Shown here: positions 19,042 through 29,173 of the stretch, in pieces
Numbering within the stretch: position 1 is the first letter of the stretch
Layout: each line of letters begins with the position of its first letter
Source of the DNA: an uncultured Actinomycetes bacterium
Lineage (GTDB): Bacteria; Actinomycetota; Thermoleophilia; UBA2241
Direction: 5' to 3'
NCBI GenBank assembly: GCA_963709345.1
Contig: CAVPVX010000001.1
Coordinates: forward strand, 128,001 to 192,000
Length of the DNA: 64,000 nucleotides
Translations under genes and position numbers: made by a program
Notes under the pieces: model-generated
Told to the model about the DNA's origin: nothing
The model's input: only the letters and a program-made list of their open reading frames with translations
Databases searched by the model: none

Positions 19042-20448
19042 TCAGAGGCTGTGCACGCCGCGCCCCACACCGCCGAGCGCCGCCTCGGAGATCGCCTCGG
19101 AGAGCGTCGGGTGGGCATGGATGGTGGCCGCGACGTCGGCCAGCGTGAGTCCGGAGTGGACCGCAAGGGCGAGCTCGTGCACGAGCTCGCTGACGTGCGG
19201 TCCGATCAGGCTGGCGCCGAGAACGCGGCCGCCACCGGGCTCGCAGACGACGCGCACGAAGCCGTCGGCGTCGCCGTCGCAGACCGCCTTGGAGTTGCTG
19301 TTGAAGCGCACCTGCGCCACGTCGTGCGCCACGCCCTCGGCCTTCGCCTTGTCCTCGGTGAGACCGCAGCTGGCGACCTCCGGGTAGCTGAAGACGCAGC
19401 TCGGGACCAGCGTGCGGTCGCAGTGCAGGTTCGACCCGGTCACCGCGTTCTCGGCGGCGACGGCGCCCTGATGGTACGCCCAGTGCGCGAGGAGCGGCGG
19501 GCCGGCGACGTCTCCCGCCGCGAACACCCCGGCCAGCGTCGTGCGGCAGCTCTCGTCCGTGACGACGAAGCCGCCCGGGGCGATCTCCACGCCGGCCTCC
19601 GCGTAGCCGAGGCCGGCGCTCACGGGGCGACGGCCGACCGCCACGAGCACGCGCTCGGCCGTGACCTCGGCGCCGCCGGCGAGACGCAGCGTCACGCCGG
19701 CGTCGCCGGCCACCGCGGCCTCGACCGCGGTCTTCACGTGCGCGGCGATGCCGGCCTTCTTGAACGCCTGCTGCAGCGTGCGCCCGATGCGCTTGTCCTC
19801 GCCGGGCAGGAGCTGGTCGAGCATCTCGACCACGGTGACCTCGGCGCCCAGTCGGGTGAAGACGCTGGCGAACTCGCAGCCGATCACGCCGCCGCCGACG
19901 ATCGCGAGGCTCCGGGGCACGGCGTCGATGGCGAGCAGTTCGTCGCTGGTCATGATCCGCGGGTCGGTCCAGTCGAAGAGGCCCATGCGCACCGGCTCCG
20001 ACCCACTGGCGAGGATGACGGCGTCACCCTCGAGCTCGCCGCCGTCGGCCGACGCCGTACCGTCGGCGAGCGTCGCGCCGGGGGCAAGGGCCAGACGGCC
20101 GGGGCCGGCGAGCGTAGCCCGCCCGGCCACGACCTGCACCTTGCGCGCCTTCATCAGGTGGGCGACGCCGTCGCGGAGCTGCACGGTGACGGCCTCTTTA
20201 CGCGCCATGAAGGCGGAGAAGTCAAGACCGACGTCACCGATCATGACCCCATACTCCGCGGAGCGCCGCGCCTCGTGGAGGCGCGCGGCGCCGGCGACCA
20301 TCGCCTTCGTCGGGATGCAGCCGCGATTCAGGCACGTGCCACCGATGTCACGCGCTTCGACAAGGGTCACCTCTGCGCCGAGCTGTGCGGCGCGGCCGGC
20401 GGCCACGTAGCCCGCAGGGCCACCTCCGAGCACCAGGATCCGAGTCAT
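19042..20448 (-). CDS. lpdA: dihydrolipoyl dehydrogenase (GCS L protein)
   Basis: GGGPAGYVAA, GGTCLNRGCIPTK, GGGVIGCE, HAHPTLSE. Confidence 0.95.
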   Translation of the reverse strand: MTRILVLGGGPAGYVAAGRAAQLGAEVTLVEARDIGGTCLNRGCIPTKAMVAGAARLHEARRSAEYGVMIGDVGLDFSAFMARKEAVTVQLRDGVAHLMKARKVQVVAGRATLAGPGRLALAPGATLADGTASADGGELEGDAVILASGSEPVRMGLFDWTDPRIMTSDELLAIDAVPRSLAIVGGGVIGCEFASVFTRLGAEVTVVEMLDQLLPGEDKRIGRTLQQAFKKAGIAAHVKTAVEAAVAGDAGVTLRLAGGAEVTAERVLVAVGRRPVSAGLGYAEAGVEIAPGGFVVTDESCRTTLAGVFAAGDVAGPPLLAHWAYHQGAVAAENAVTGSNLHCDRTLVPSCVFSYPEVASCGLTEDKAKAEGVAHDVAQVRFNSNSKAVCDGDADGFVRVVCEPGGGRVLGASLIGPHVSELVHELALAVHSGLTLADVAATIHAHPTLSEAISEAALGGVGRGVHSL

Positions 20449-20458
20449 CCGAGCCTCC

Positions 20459-21130
20459 TCATCCGGCCGTCGCCCGTCGCAGGACGGCCTCGAGATGCAG
20501 CAGCGTCGCGTTCCATATCGTCTCCGGCGCCAGCGCGATGCCCGCCGCGGCCAGACCTTCTCCCTGCCACGGCTCCCCGATGAGCGTCTCCACGACATCG
20601 GTGAGCTCGCGTGGCGGCCGCTGCATGAGTACGGATCCGTGCACCAGCGTCCGGCCTTCCTTCTTCGCCTGCGCCATCGCGACGATCTTCTCGCCGCGCG
20701 CGCACAGGTCGTAGCGCAGCGCGCCGGCGAAGCAGAGCGCGCTGCGCTGGTACGGCGTCTCGCCGCGACCGTCGAGCTTGACGCCGAGCTCCTCGAGCGC
20801 GGCGGCGAAGGCGACAGCGACAATCCCGTACGGGCCGCCCACGTCGACCGAGGCCCGCGGCCCGCCGCCGGGCACTCCCGCAGGGAAGGCGACGGCGAAG
20901 GACCATTCGTACGTCTCTCCGTGGAGCACCGCCCGGCCGCCGCTGGGCCGGCGCACGACGTCGAACGGCAGCCCCGGCGCCGACTCGAACTCCTGGAACT
21001 TGCCGAGCGAAAGCGCCGGCGGCGCCCACATGTAGCGCCGCGCGATCACGCCTTCGGCGGTCTCCAGAAGGCCGGTGTCGAGCGCCATCTGTGCGCCGGC
21101 GGCGGCACGGAGCTCGGGGAGGATCCGCAC
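20459..21130 (-). CDS. lipoate-protein ligase / octanoyltransferase (LipM-like)
   Basis: PALSLGKFQ, VVRRPSGGRAVLH, CF motif, GEKIVAMAQ, HGSV. Confidence 0.82.
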   Translation of the reverse strand: MRILPELRAAAGAQMALDTGLLETAEGVIARRYMWAPPALSLGKFQEFESAPGLPFDVVRRPSGGRAVLHGETYEWSFAVAFPAGVPGGGPRASVDVGGPYGIVAVAFAAALEELGVKLDGRGETPYQRSALCFAGALRYDLCARGEKIVAMAQAKKEGRTLVHGSVLMQRPPRELTDVVETLIGEPWQGEGLAAAGIALAPETIWNATLLHLEAVLRRATAG

Positions 21131-21135
21131 GATGC

Positions 21136-22656
21136 TCAGGAGCCGTCCTCCGCGTCGTCGGGGAACCGCTGCGTGACCACCGGGCGGCGAGCGGCTTGCG
21201 CCTCGTCGAGCCGCCGCACCGGCAACGTGAGCGGCGCCTCGTGCAGCAGCTCCGGCTGGTCCTTCGCCTCCCGCACCACCGTACGGAAGGCGTCGATCAT
21301 GCGGTCCAGCGCGTCTCTCGACTCCGTCTCCGTCGGCTCGACCATGAGCGCTTCGTCGACGATCAGCGGGAAGTACGTCGTCGGCGGGTGCACGCCGTAG
21401 TCGAGCAGGCGCTTGGCCACGTCGAGAGCGCGCACACCGTGCTCCTTGAGCGGCGTCGCCGAAGCGACGAACTCGTGCATGCAGCGGCGCTCGCCGTAGG
21501 GGAGATCGAGCAGGTCGCGCAGGCCCTCCATCACGTAGTTCGCGTTCAGCACCGCCATCTCGCTGACATCGCGGAGTCCCTCCGCGCCGAGGCTGCGGAT
21601 GTACGTCCAGGCGCGCACGAGCACCCCGAAGTTGCCGCTGAAGGTGCGCATCCTGCCGATCGACCGGGGACGGTCGTCGTCCAGGAAGAACCGGCCGTCC
21701 TCGGTCTTTGCGACCAGCGGCACGGGCAGGAACGGCGCCAGAGTGTCACGGACCACGATGGGCCCGGCGCCTGGACCGCCCCCGCCGTGCGGCGTGCTGA
21801 AGGTCTTGTGCGTGTTGAAGTGGACGATGTCGAAGCCCATGTCGCCGGGGCGGCTGATGCCGAGCACGGCGTTGGCGTTGGCGCCGTCGTAGTAGAGCAG
21901 TCCGCCGGCGTCGTGGACGAGCCGCGCGATCTCGGTGATGTTCTCGTCGAACAGCCCGAGGGTGTTCGGGTTGGTGAGCATGAGGCCGGCGATGTCGCCG
22001 CCCGCGAGGATCTCCCGCAGAGCGTCCATGTCGACGCCGCCGCGAGCGTCGCTGCGCACGGCGACGGGCTCGAACCCCGCCATGATGACGCTGGCCGGGT
22101 TGGTGCCGTGCGCGGTGTCGGGGATGACCACGCGCTTCGGGTCGTGGCCCTCGTCAAGATGAGCCGCGCGGATCACCAGCAGCCCGGTGAGCTCCCCATG
22201 CGCCCCGGCCGCCGGCTGCAGCGTCGTGGCGTGGAGGCCGGCGATCTCGGCCAGCCAGCGCTCGAGGTCGTACATGAGCTCGAGCGCCCCCTGGACGAGC
22301 GCCTCCGGCTGGTACGGGTGGAGTCCCGCGAAGCCGTCGAGGCGGGCGGCCGCCTCGTTGACGCGCGGGTTGTACTTCATCGTGCATGAGCCCAGCGGGT
22401 AGCTGCCGCTGTCGACGCCGAAGTTGAGCGTGGAGAGGCCGGTGAAGTGACGCAGCAGGTCGATTTCGCTGATCTCGGGCAGGCGGGCCGGCGCCGAGCG
22501 GCGCTGCGCCTCCGGAACGAGCTCGTCGAGCGAAAGCTCGGGCACGCCGAGTTCCGGCAGCGTGTACGCTCGGCGTCCCGGTCGCGACTTCTCGTACACG
22601 GTCTGGCGGTCGACGGCCGGCGGACGGCAGATGGGAGCGTCGTCGCGGCCGGTCAT
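21136..22656 (-). CDS. gcvPB: glycine dehydrogenase (decarboxylating) subunit 2
   Basis: YPLGSCTMKYNP, QPAAGAHGE, HGTNPAS, NTHKTFSTPHGGGGPGAGP. Confidence 0.97.
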   Translation of the reverse strand: MTGRDDAPICRPPAVDRQTVYEKSRPGRRAYTLPELGVPELSLDELVPEAQRRSAPARLPEISEIDLLRHFTGLSTLNFGVDSGSYPLGSCTMKYNPRVNEAAARLDGFAGLHPYQPEALVQGALELMYDLERWLAEIAGLHATTLQPAAGAHGELTGLLVIRAAHLDEGHDPKRVVIPDTAHGTNPASVIMAGFEPVAVRSDARGGVDMDALREILAGGDIAGLMLTNPNTLGLFDENITEIARLVHDAGGLLYYDGANANAVLGISRPGDMGFDIVHFNTHKTFSTPHGGGGPGAGPIVVRDTLAPFLPVPLVAKTEDGRFFLDDDRPRSIGRMRTFSGNFGVLVRAWTYIRSLGAEGLRDVSEMAVLNANYVMEGLRDLLDLPYGERRCMHEFVASATPLKEHGVRALDVAKRLLDYGVHPPTTYFPLIVDEALMVEPTETESRDALDRMIDAFRTVVREAKDQPELLHEAPLTLPVRRLDEAQAARRPVVTQRFPDDAEDGS

Positions 22657-24074
22657 CGCCCGCTCCCTTTGCTCGCGAGGACGCGACCGACGGCGTCGGC
22701 GAAGGCGTCGAGCTCGGCACGTGTGCGTTTCTCGGTGACGGCGACCAGCAGCACGTCGTCGAGCGCTTTCGGGGCGCCGTCTCCCGGCGCGCCCGGGAGC
22801 AAGCCGGCGTACCCGGTCGCGAAGCGGCCCGCGTCCACGCCGGCGAGGAACCCCTCGGGGACGAGAACGTCGATCAGCGCCGTTGCCGGCAGCGGGAGGC
22901 TCACCGCGAACTCGCGGAACACGGGGCCGTCGGTGAATGCCGCCACGCCCGGCAGCGCCAGCAGGCGCTGCCGCAGATGGGCGGCTTTGCGCGCGCAGTG
23001 CAAGCCGAGCTCGGGCAGGCCCTCCTTGCCGAGCCACGACAGGTAGACCAGCGCCGCCAGCGCGTTCAATGCGTGGTTCGAGCAGATGTTGCTCGTCGCC
23101 TTCTCGCGACGGATGTGCTGCTCGCGCGTCTGCAACGTCAGCACGAAGCCGCGCCGTCCCTCGAGGTCGACGGTCTCGCCGACGAGGCGGCCGGGGATGC
23201 GGCGCATCAGCTTGGTTGTGACGGCCATGAACCCGAGCCCCGGGCCGCCGAAGTTCATCGCGCCGCCGAGCGACTGCGCCTCGCCGACGACGATGTCGGC
23301 ACCGAGTCGGCCCGGCGCCTCGAGCAGGCCGAGCGACAGCGGGTCGGCGACGACGACGAAGAGCGCGCCGGCGTCGTGCGCGATCTCCGCGGCGGCGGAC
23401 AGGTCTTCGAGCGCGCCGAAGAAGTTGGGCTGCTGCACGACGACGGCCGCCGTGCCTTCACCGACGGCGGCGGCAAGCGCCTCGAGGTCGGTCGCCGCGC
23501 CGGCTCGCAGACCCACGGTCAGCGGGCGCGGCCCGTACCCCGCCGTCTCCGTCTCCAGCACCTGCCGATACTCGGGGTGAACGCCGGCCGAGAGGACGGT
23601 CTCGCCGCGCCGGGTCTGCACGCCGGCGAGCACCGACGCCTCGGCAAGAGCCGTGCCGCCGTCGTACATGGAGGCATTGCTGACGTCCATGCCGGTGAGT
23701 TCGCACATCGCCGTCTGGAACTCGAAGATCGTCTGCAGCACGCCCTGGCTACGCTCAGGCTGGTAGGGCGTGTACGCGGTCAGGAACTCGCCACGGCTGA
23801 CGACCGCGTCGACGACCGCCGGCGCGTAGTGGTCGTAGATGCCTGCGCCGAGAAAGCTGACGAGCTGCGTCGCCGGGACGTCCGTGCCGGCCAGTCGGCG
23901 CAGCTCGGCGACGACCTCCGCCTCGCTGAGCCCGGCGGGCAGCGCCAGGGGCTCCCGCCGCCGCACGGCCTCGGGGATACCGGCGAAGAGCTCGTCGATG
24001 CCGGCCGCCCTCACAGCGGCCAGCATCTCGGCGACATCGCCGGGACCGTGGGGGACGTACCTGGTGGCGGTCAC
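22653..24074 (-). CDS. gcvPA: glycine dehydrogenase (decarboxylating) subunit 1
   Basis: FLGAGIYDH, TAYTPYQPERSQG, NASMYDG, TREQHIRREKATSNICSN. Confidence 0.97.
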   Translation of the reverse strand: MTATRYVPHGPGDVAEMLAAVRAAGIDELFAGIPEAVRRREPLALPAGLSEAEVVAELRRLAGTDVPATQLVSFLGAGIYDHYAPAVVDAVVSRGEFLTAYTPYQPERSQGVLQTIFEFQTAMCELTGMDVSNASMYDGGTALAEASVLAGVQTRRGETVLSAGVHPEYRQVLETETAGYGPRPLTVGLRAGAATDLEALAAAVGEGTAAVVVQQPNFFGALEDLSAAAEIAHDAGALFVVVADPLSLGLLEAPGRLGADIVVGEAQSLGGAMNFGGPGLGFMAVTTKLMRRIPGRLVGETVDLEGRRGFVLTLQTREQHIRREKATSNICSNHALNALAALVYLSWLGKEGLPELGLHCARKAAHLRQRLLALPGVAAFTDGPVFREFAVSLPLPATALIDVLVPEGFLAGVDAGRFATGYAGLLPGAPGDGAPKALDDVLLVAVTEKRTRAELDAFADAVGRVLASKGSGR

Positions 24075-24079
24075 GGCGA

Positions 24080-24472
24080 TCAGGCCTCGTCGAGGAGCTT
24101 CTTGTAAGCGTCCGCGTCCAGGAGCTCGCCGAGCTCGCCGGGAGCGGTCATGCGCACGCGGATGAGCCATCCTTCGCCGTAGCAGTCCTCGTTGACGCGC
24201 TGCGGCTCGTCCTGCAGGGCCTCGTTGACTTCCACGATCTCGCCCGTGAGCGGAGAGAACACGTCGCTGACGGCCTTGACCGACTCGAGCTCTCCGTACG
24301 GCTTGCCCGCCGTGACCTCGTCGCCCACGGCCGGCGACTCAGCGTACACGATCTCACCGAGCGCCTCCTGAGCGAACCAGGTGATGCCGAAGACGGCGTC
24401 CTCACCGTCGACGCGCACCCAATCGTGCTCCTTGTAGTACCGCAGATCCTGGGGATACGTCTCGTCGGCCAT
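24080..24472 (-). CDS. gcvH: glycine cleavage system H protein
   Basis: YYKEHDWV, GITWFAQEALGEIVY, ESVKAVSD (lipoyl Lys), YGEGWL. Confidence 0.96.
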   Translation of the reverse strand: MADETYPQDLRYYKEHDWVRVDGEDAVFGITWFAQEALGEIVYAESPAVGDEVTAGKPYGELESVKAVSDVFSPLTGEIVEVNEALQDEPQRVNEDCYGEGWLIRVRMTAPGELGELLDADAYKKLLDEA

Positions 24473-24577
24473 CGTGCCTCCCTGTCGGCGCCGTGTGGGC
24501 GCTGTCGACTTTCGAACCTGCCCGTGACGCGCGTCGAAGAAACGCACGCGTCGGGCCGCCGCTCCCGCGCCGGCACG

Positions 24578-24610
24578 AAAAAAGACAGGGTGGAGTACCC
24601 ACCCTGTCTG
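24578..24610 (-). terminator. intrinsic terminator (riboswitch expression platform)
   Basis: AGACAGGGTGG-gtact-CCACCCTGTCT followed by a T-run on the minus strand. Confidence 0.85.
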
Positions 24611-24657
24611 ACGGCCGGCGCCGCGGCGGTGGCGCCATGTCATCCGGGGGCCCGTCC

Positions 24658-24745
24658 GGCCGCGCTCCGTTGGCCTGAGAGATTCGACGCGGAGTGCGTC
24701 TTGCCCCTTCGGCGCCCGCCTTCACGGCGGACTCTCGCGCGGCTT
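24658..24745 (-). ncRNA. glycine riboswitch (single aptamer)
   Basis: Minus strand GCGCGAGAG..CGCCGAAGGGGCAA..GAATCTCTCAGGCCAACGGAGCGCGG matches the glycine aptamer core and lies directly upstream of gcvH. Confidence 0.9.
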
Positions 24746-24880
24746 TCGCCCGGGCTGCTTCACACCGGCTCAGCCCGTCAACTGTAGCACCGCCGGAAGC
24801 CGCCGCACAATGCCGGCACAGGTGAGGCGGGAAACGATGGGCGGGCGGCGCCGAAGCCTTCGGCCTCGCCGCCCGACGGC

Positions 24881-26503
24881 TCACCTGACGACGAACGACC
24901 GCCAGCCGCTGACCGACCGGGCGTGGGCGCCGTCCGCCGGGTGCTCCGCCCGGACGCGCCAGGCGCCGGGCAGTGGCAGTCGTTGGCTGCGCACGTAGCG
25001 CGTGCGCGCGCCGGCATCACGGTTCTGCGCTTCGCTGGTGAGCCTCGTGACCCACTTCCGCCCGGCTCCGCGCCGCTGGAACACGAGGTTGACGGAGGCC
25101 TCCCCCGCAGGGTGACGCGGCGTGAGGTACCCGGCGACGGTGACCGGAGCGTCCCTCGCGACGGTCGCCTTGAGCAATGGGGTCGTCAGGAGCACGTGCG
25201 GCGTGACGACGAGCCTCCGGCTGGACGCCGGCAGGTACGTGCGCAGCGCCGGCTGGGTCGCCGGCGGCGTGAAGGTCACGCGCAGCGTGGTCCGCCGGGC
25301 CGGCCTGTACGTGAAGGAGATGCGACCCTCACCATCGGAAACGCCGAGGCGCACCTCGAGCCACGAATCGCCGCGCAGACGCTCGAGGCGCACGATGGCG
25401 CCCCGCAGCGCTGCCCCCGTCGCATTGGTCAGAACGGCCGTGAGCCGCGCGGACACGCCCCACGCCGGCGTCGCGTGCCGGGTCGCAAAGGCGAGGGTGG
25501 GCAGGTGGTCGCGAACGGAGAAGCCGACGGCGGGCGCCACCAGCACTGCCGTGTCGTACCGGACGTCGTCGAACGGCGGCACGACCTCGCCGGGCCCGAG
25601 CGCGATGCGCTCGCCGGTCGCGAGGTCGTGCCGGTAGGTCACGGACCCGGCGCCACCCTCCTCGACCCAGTAGGCGGCGCCGTCCGCCGCGCCATAGTGC
25701 AGCGGCGGGGTGGCGGTCGCGATGTCGGTGCGCGGCAGCGCCGGCGGCCGGTAGGCGGCGGCGCTCGGGTTCGTCTTCAGAAAACGGACCGGGTCGACGA
25801 ACCCGCCGTGATCGGCCCAGCTCTTGGGGACGTGGCCGGCGTACGGGTTGCCGTCGCGGTACTTCGTGCCTAGATGGACGCTGAAGTGGAGGTGCCTGCA
25901 GCCGTTGACCCTGGCGATGACGTCGCCGGCCTTCACCCGCTGCCCCGCTTTGAACCGGAGGCTGTAGACGTGCCCGTACAGAGCGTGGAACTTCTTTCCG
26001 GCGGCGGTGGCATGCGTGATGATCACGCAGCCGCCGTTGGTGCCGCCGACTCCGTAACCGCCGGCGTCGGCACGAGAGATGAAGACGACGCCGTCGGCGA
26101 TCGCGTACACGGGGCGCCCGTACGCGCAGGGCATGTCTTGCGCCACGTGGACGTAGGCGCCGCGCGGGGCGAGCCATCCGGACCACCCGTTGAAGGTCTC
26201 GGCGCCGACCGGCCAGTACCACCCGCCGCTGCCCGGGCTGGGGGCGGCGAGCACGGTGCGAGCGCCGTCCGGCGACGCGCCGACGTAGGAGGGCTCGGGC
26301 AGGACGGTCGAGACCGGCTGCGTCGGTGCGGCTGCGCCCGCCGCCTCCGCCCCGGAGAGCACGAGAAGAAGGGCGCCGACAAGGATGAGGCCGGCTGCGG
26401 CGACGGCGAGCCTCACCGGGTGCCCGGCGCCTCGCCCTCCGCGATGAAGCGACGGCCGAGGGATCAGGAGCCGTCGCGGTGCTGTCGTGGCTTCACTCAC
26501 CAA
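24881..26503 (-). CDS. secreted M23 family metallopeptidase with C-terminal Ig-like domains
   Basis: Signal/TM segment, HVAQD (HxxxD), LYGH, HLHF (HxH). Confidence 0.8.
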   Translation of the reverse strand: MVSEATTAPRRLLIPRPSLHRGGRGAGHPVRLAVAAAGLILVGALLLVLSGAEAAGAAAPTQPVSTVLPEPSYVGASPDGARTVLAAPSPGSGGWYWPVGAETFNGWSGWLAPRGAYVHVAQDMPCAYGRPVYAIADGVVFISRADAGGYGVGGTNGGCVIITHATAAGKKFHALYGHVYSLRFKAGQRVKAGDVIARVNGCRHLHFSVHLGTKYRDGNPYAGHVPKSWADHGGFVDPVRFLKTNPSAAAYRPPALPRTDIATATPPLHYGAADGAAYWVEEGGAGSVTYRHDLATGERIALGPGEVVPPFDDVRYDTAVLVAPAVGFSVRDHLPTLAFATRHATPAWGVSARLTAVLTNATGAALRGAIVRLERLRGDSWLEVRLGVSDGEGRISFTYRPARRTTLRVTFTPPATQPALRTYLPASSRRLVVTPHVLLTTPLLKATVARDAPVTVAGYLTPRHPAGEASVNLVFQRRGAGRKWVTRLTSEAQNRDAGARTRYVRSQRLPLPGAWRVRAEHPADGAHARSVSGWRSFVVR

Positions 26504-26546
26504 GCGTGCAGTATGCCACGCGCAACGGCGGCACGCCCGCGGGCCG

Positions 26547-28880
26547 CTAGTCCGTGGGCGTGGCCAGAGTGAAGAAGAAGGTCGCGCCCTCGTCGACGGC
26601 GCCCTCGGCCCAGCACCGGCCGCCCAGCCGGTTGACGATCCGCCTCACCGTGGCCAGGCCGATGCCCGTGCCCGGGTACTCGTCCGGGCCGTGCAGCCTC
26701 TGGAAGGGCTGGAACAGGTTGGCGGCGTAGGCCGGGTCGAAGCCGGCGCCGTCGTCGCGCACAAAGAAGACCCGCGCCCCATCGAGTCGGGTCTCGGCGA
26801 ACTCGATGTGTCCCTGCTCTCTCCCTCCCGTGAACTTCCACGCGTTGCCGAGGAGGTTGCCGACCACGGCCTCCAGGAGCCCGGCGTCGGACCAGACACG
26901 GCACCCGGCGGCGATGACCACTTCCACCCGTCTCTCCGGATGCTCCTCCCGCAGACGCTCGACCACCTCGGCCGCCAACCCGCTGAGGTCGACGTCGGCC
27001 ACGCTCGTCCCGCCGCGGGTCAGCCTCGACAGCGACAGCAGGTCGTCGATCAAGCGCCCCATCTTCTGGGCCGCGGCGCGCACGCGCTCCAGGCTCTCGC
27101 GTCCGTTCGCGCCCAGAGCGGCCGCGTGATCCTCCATCAGGATTTCGCTGAAGCCGTCGATGGCGCGCAGCGGCCCGCGAAGGTCGTGGGAGATCGAGTA
27201 GGCGAACGCCTCGAGCTCCTCGTTCGCGGCACTGAGCTGCGCCGTCCGTTCGCGAACGCGGCGCTCGAGCTCGGCGTTCAGCGTGCGTATCGCTTCCTCC
27301 GCGCGTTTGCGCTCGGTGATGTCGACGCCGAGACTGGTGACGTCGACCAGCGTCCCCCGCACATCCCTGGTGACCACATTCGACCAGGAGACGTGCCGCA
27401 GAGCGCCCTCCCTGGTGAGTATGGGGTTCTCGCCTGTCGAGAACCCTTCGTCATCCACTCCGTCCAGGATCGACGCGAAGAGGCCGCGGACCTCGTCGCG
27501 GCTCGACTCGGGGACGAACAGGTCGAACCAGTTGCGGCCGAGGACCTCCTCCTCCCGGTAGCCGGTCAGCTTGAGGAGATGCCGGTTGGCGAACACAATC
27601 GCGGCGTCGTGGTCCAAAGACACGCCGATCTGAGGAGTGTGCACCAGCACGCTGCGCCACTTCCGCTCGGACGCAACGAGCGCCGACTCCGCCCGTTTGC
27701 GCGCGTCGATATCCAGGCAGATGCCCGACATGCGCAGCGGCGAGCCCGACTCGTCGTAGATGGTGTCGCCGAACGCCCCGATCCACACCTCCTCGCCGTC
27801 GGGCCGCACGATACGGTACTCGTTCTCCAGTGCGGCGTTCTGCTCGACCGACTCCGTGATGCGCGCCTCCGCCGCCTCGAGGTCGTCCGGGTGGAGCGTC
27901 GCCCGCCATGTCTCAAAGGACGCCTCGGCGTCCGGCTGCAGGCCGAACAACTCGCGGAACTCCGGCGACCAGGTGAGCATGCCGGTGGCGAAGTCCCAGT
28001 CCCAGATGCCGGCGCCGGCGGCGCGCTGCGCCAGTGACAGCCGGTGGCTGGTCGCGCGCGCGGCCTCCTCGGCGCTGATCCGGTCGGTGACGTCGAGAAA
28101 CGCCGCCATTGCGCCGATCGGTTCTCCGGTGTCGTCCCCGACGAGGGTCGTCGTGAGGTGGACGACGAACGACGCTCCACCCTTTCGCCGCGCCGTCAGT
28201 TCGCCGGTCCACCCGCAAGTCTGGAGCATGTCCGCTCTGATCTCGGCGGCGGCTTCCGAGGATTCCCAGAAGTCGACAGCCGGCCGGCCGACGACCTCGC
28301 TGGCGTCCGCGTATCCCCAGAGCGCGAGAAACGCGGGATTGACGTAGGTGAGAAGGCCGTCCAGATCGGCGAGAGCGATCGCGTTGATCGAGTACTCGAC
28401 GGCCCGCGCGCGGATGGCCAGCTGTTCTCTGGTGCGCTGCAGTTCCGTCACGTCCCGCGCACGGACGGCGACGCCGACGACCGCACCACTCAAGTCGCGC
28501 ACCGGATCGTGGGTGGTCTCGAAGAACCTCCGGTCCCGCAGGAAATCGCCCGAATACGCGGACTCGACGACCCGCTCTCCCCGCAGAACGCGCGCGAAGT
28601 CGGCGCGAGCGCCATCGCGGTCGTCGGCCACCGTCTGGTACTCGTGGATGCTGTGACCAAGCTCGACCTCGCAGCCGTACAGAGACCTCATGGCCTCCGC
28701 ATGCCGCGCGTTGAAGCACGTGTACCGCGCTTCGGCATCGACGGCGAAGAACCCGTCGTCGCCACTCCCGGCGATCGCCCGGAGGATCGCCGCGTCGTCG
28801 CGCCCGTTCGTCCGCAGGCTCATTTCCGCCGATGGATCCGCGCCGCCGCGCGGAGACTCGTCATCTGCCGCCGGTGTCAT
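26547..28880 (-). CDS. multi-PAS sensor histidine kinase
   Basis: About 4 PAS/PAC domains, FAYSISHDLRGPL, NLLGNAWKF, DDGAGF, GTGIGLA. Confidence 0.92.
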   Translation of the reverse strand: MTPAADDESPRGGADPSAEMSLRTNGRDDAAILRAIAGSGDDGFFAVDAEARYTCFNARHAEAMRSLYGCEVELGHSIHEYQTVADDRDGARADFARVLRGERVVESAYSGDFLRDRRFFETTHDPVRDLSGAVVGVAVRARDVTELQRTREQLAIRARAVEYSINAIALADLDGLLTYVNPAFLALWGYADASEVVGRPAVDFWESSEAAAEIRADMLQTCGWTGELTARRKGGASFVVHLTTTLVGDDTGEPIGAMAAFLDVTDRISAEEAARATSHRLSLAQRAAGAGIWDWDFATGMLTWSPEFRELFGLQPDAEASFETWRATLHPDDLEAAEARITESVEQNAALENEYRIVRPDGEEVWIGAFGDTIYDESGSPLRMSGICLDIDARKRAESALVASERKWRSVLVHTPQIGVSLDHDAAIVFANRHLLKLTGYREEEVLGRNWFDLFVPESSRDEVRGLFASILDGVDDEGFSTGENPILTREGALRHVSWSNVVTRDVRGTLVDVTSLGVDITERKRAEEAIRTLNAELERRVRERTAQLSAANEELEAFAYSISHDLRGPLRAIDGFSEILMEDHAAALGANGRESLERVRAAAQKMGRLIDDLLSLSRLTRGGTSVADVDLSGLAAEVVERLREEHPERRVEVVIAAGCRVWSDAGLLEAVVGNLLGNAWKFTGGREQGHIEFAETRLDGARVFFVRDDGAGFDPAYAANLFQPFQRLHGPDEYPGTGIGLATVRRIVNRLGGRCWAEGAVDEGATFFFTLATPTD

Positions 28881-29058
28881 CCCTCGCCCCCCGTGGTCCA
28901 GACTCGACCCGCCCTTCTGCGTTCATACCCAGAGGCGGGTCGTACGAAGGCCCGAGCCGTTTGCCCCCGAACTGCCGGCCGGCGACGCCGACGGACGCTG
29001 CCGGGGAGTAGAGTACCTGGCAGGTTTCGCTATCGTCGACGACCAAAGGGGATCGGGC

Positions 29059-29172
29059 GTGAAGGCTCTCGTCATCCACGAATCGCCGTGGGGCGCCACG
29101 GCTGCCGGGGCGCGCGATGCCGCCGGGCCGGAGCGGGCCCGGGGAGCCGATCTAGCCCGGGCGGGCCGCTGA
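29059..29172 (+). pseudogene. flavodoxin-like N-terminal remnant
   Basis: MKALVIHESPWGATAAGAR resembles the flavodoxin start motif; stops after 37 aa. Confidence 0.35.
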
Positions 29173-29173
29173 C

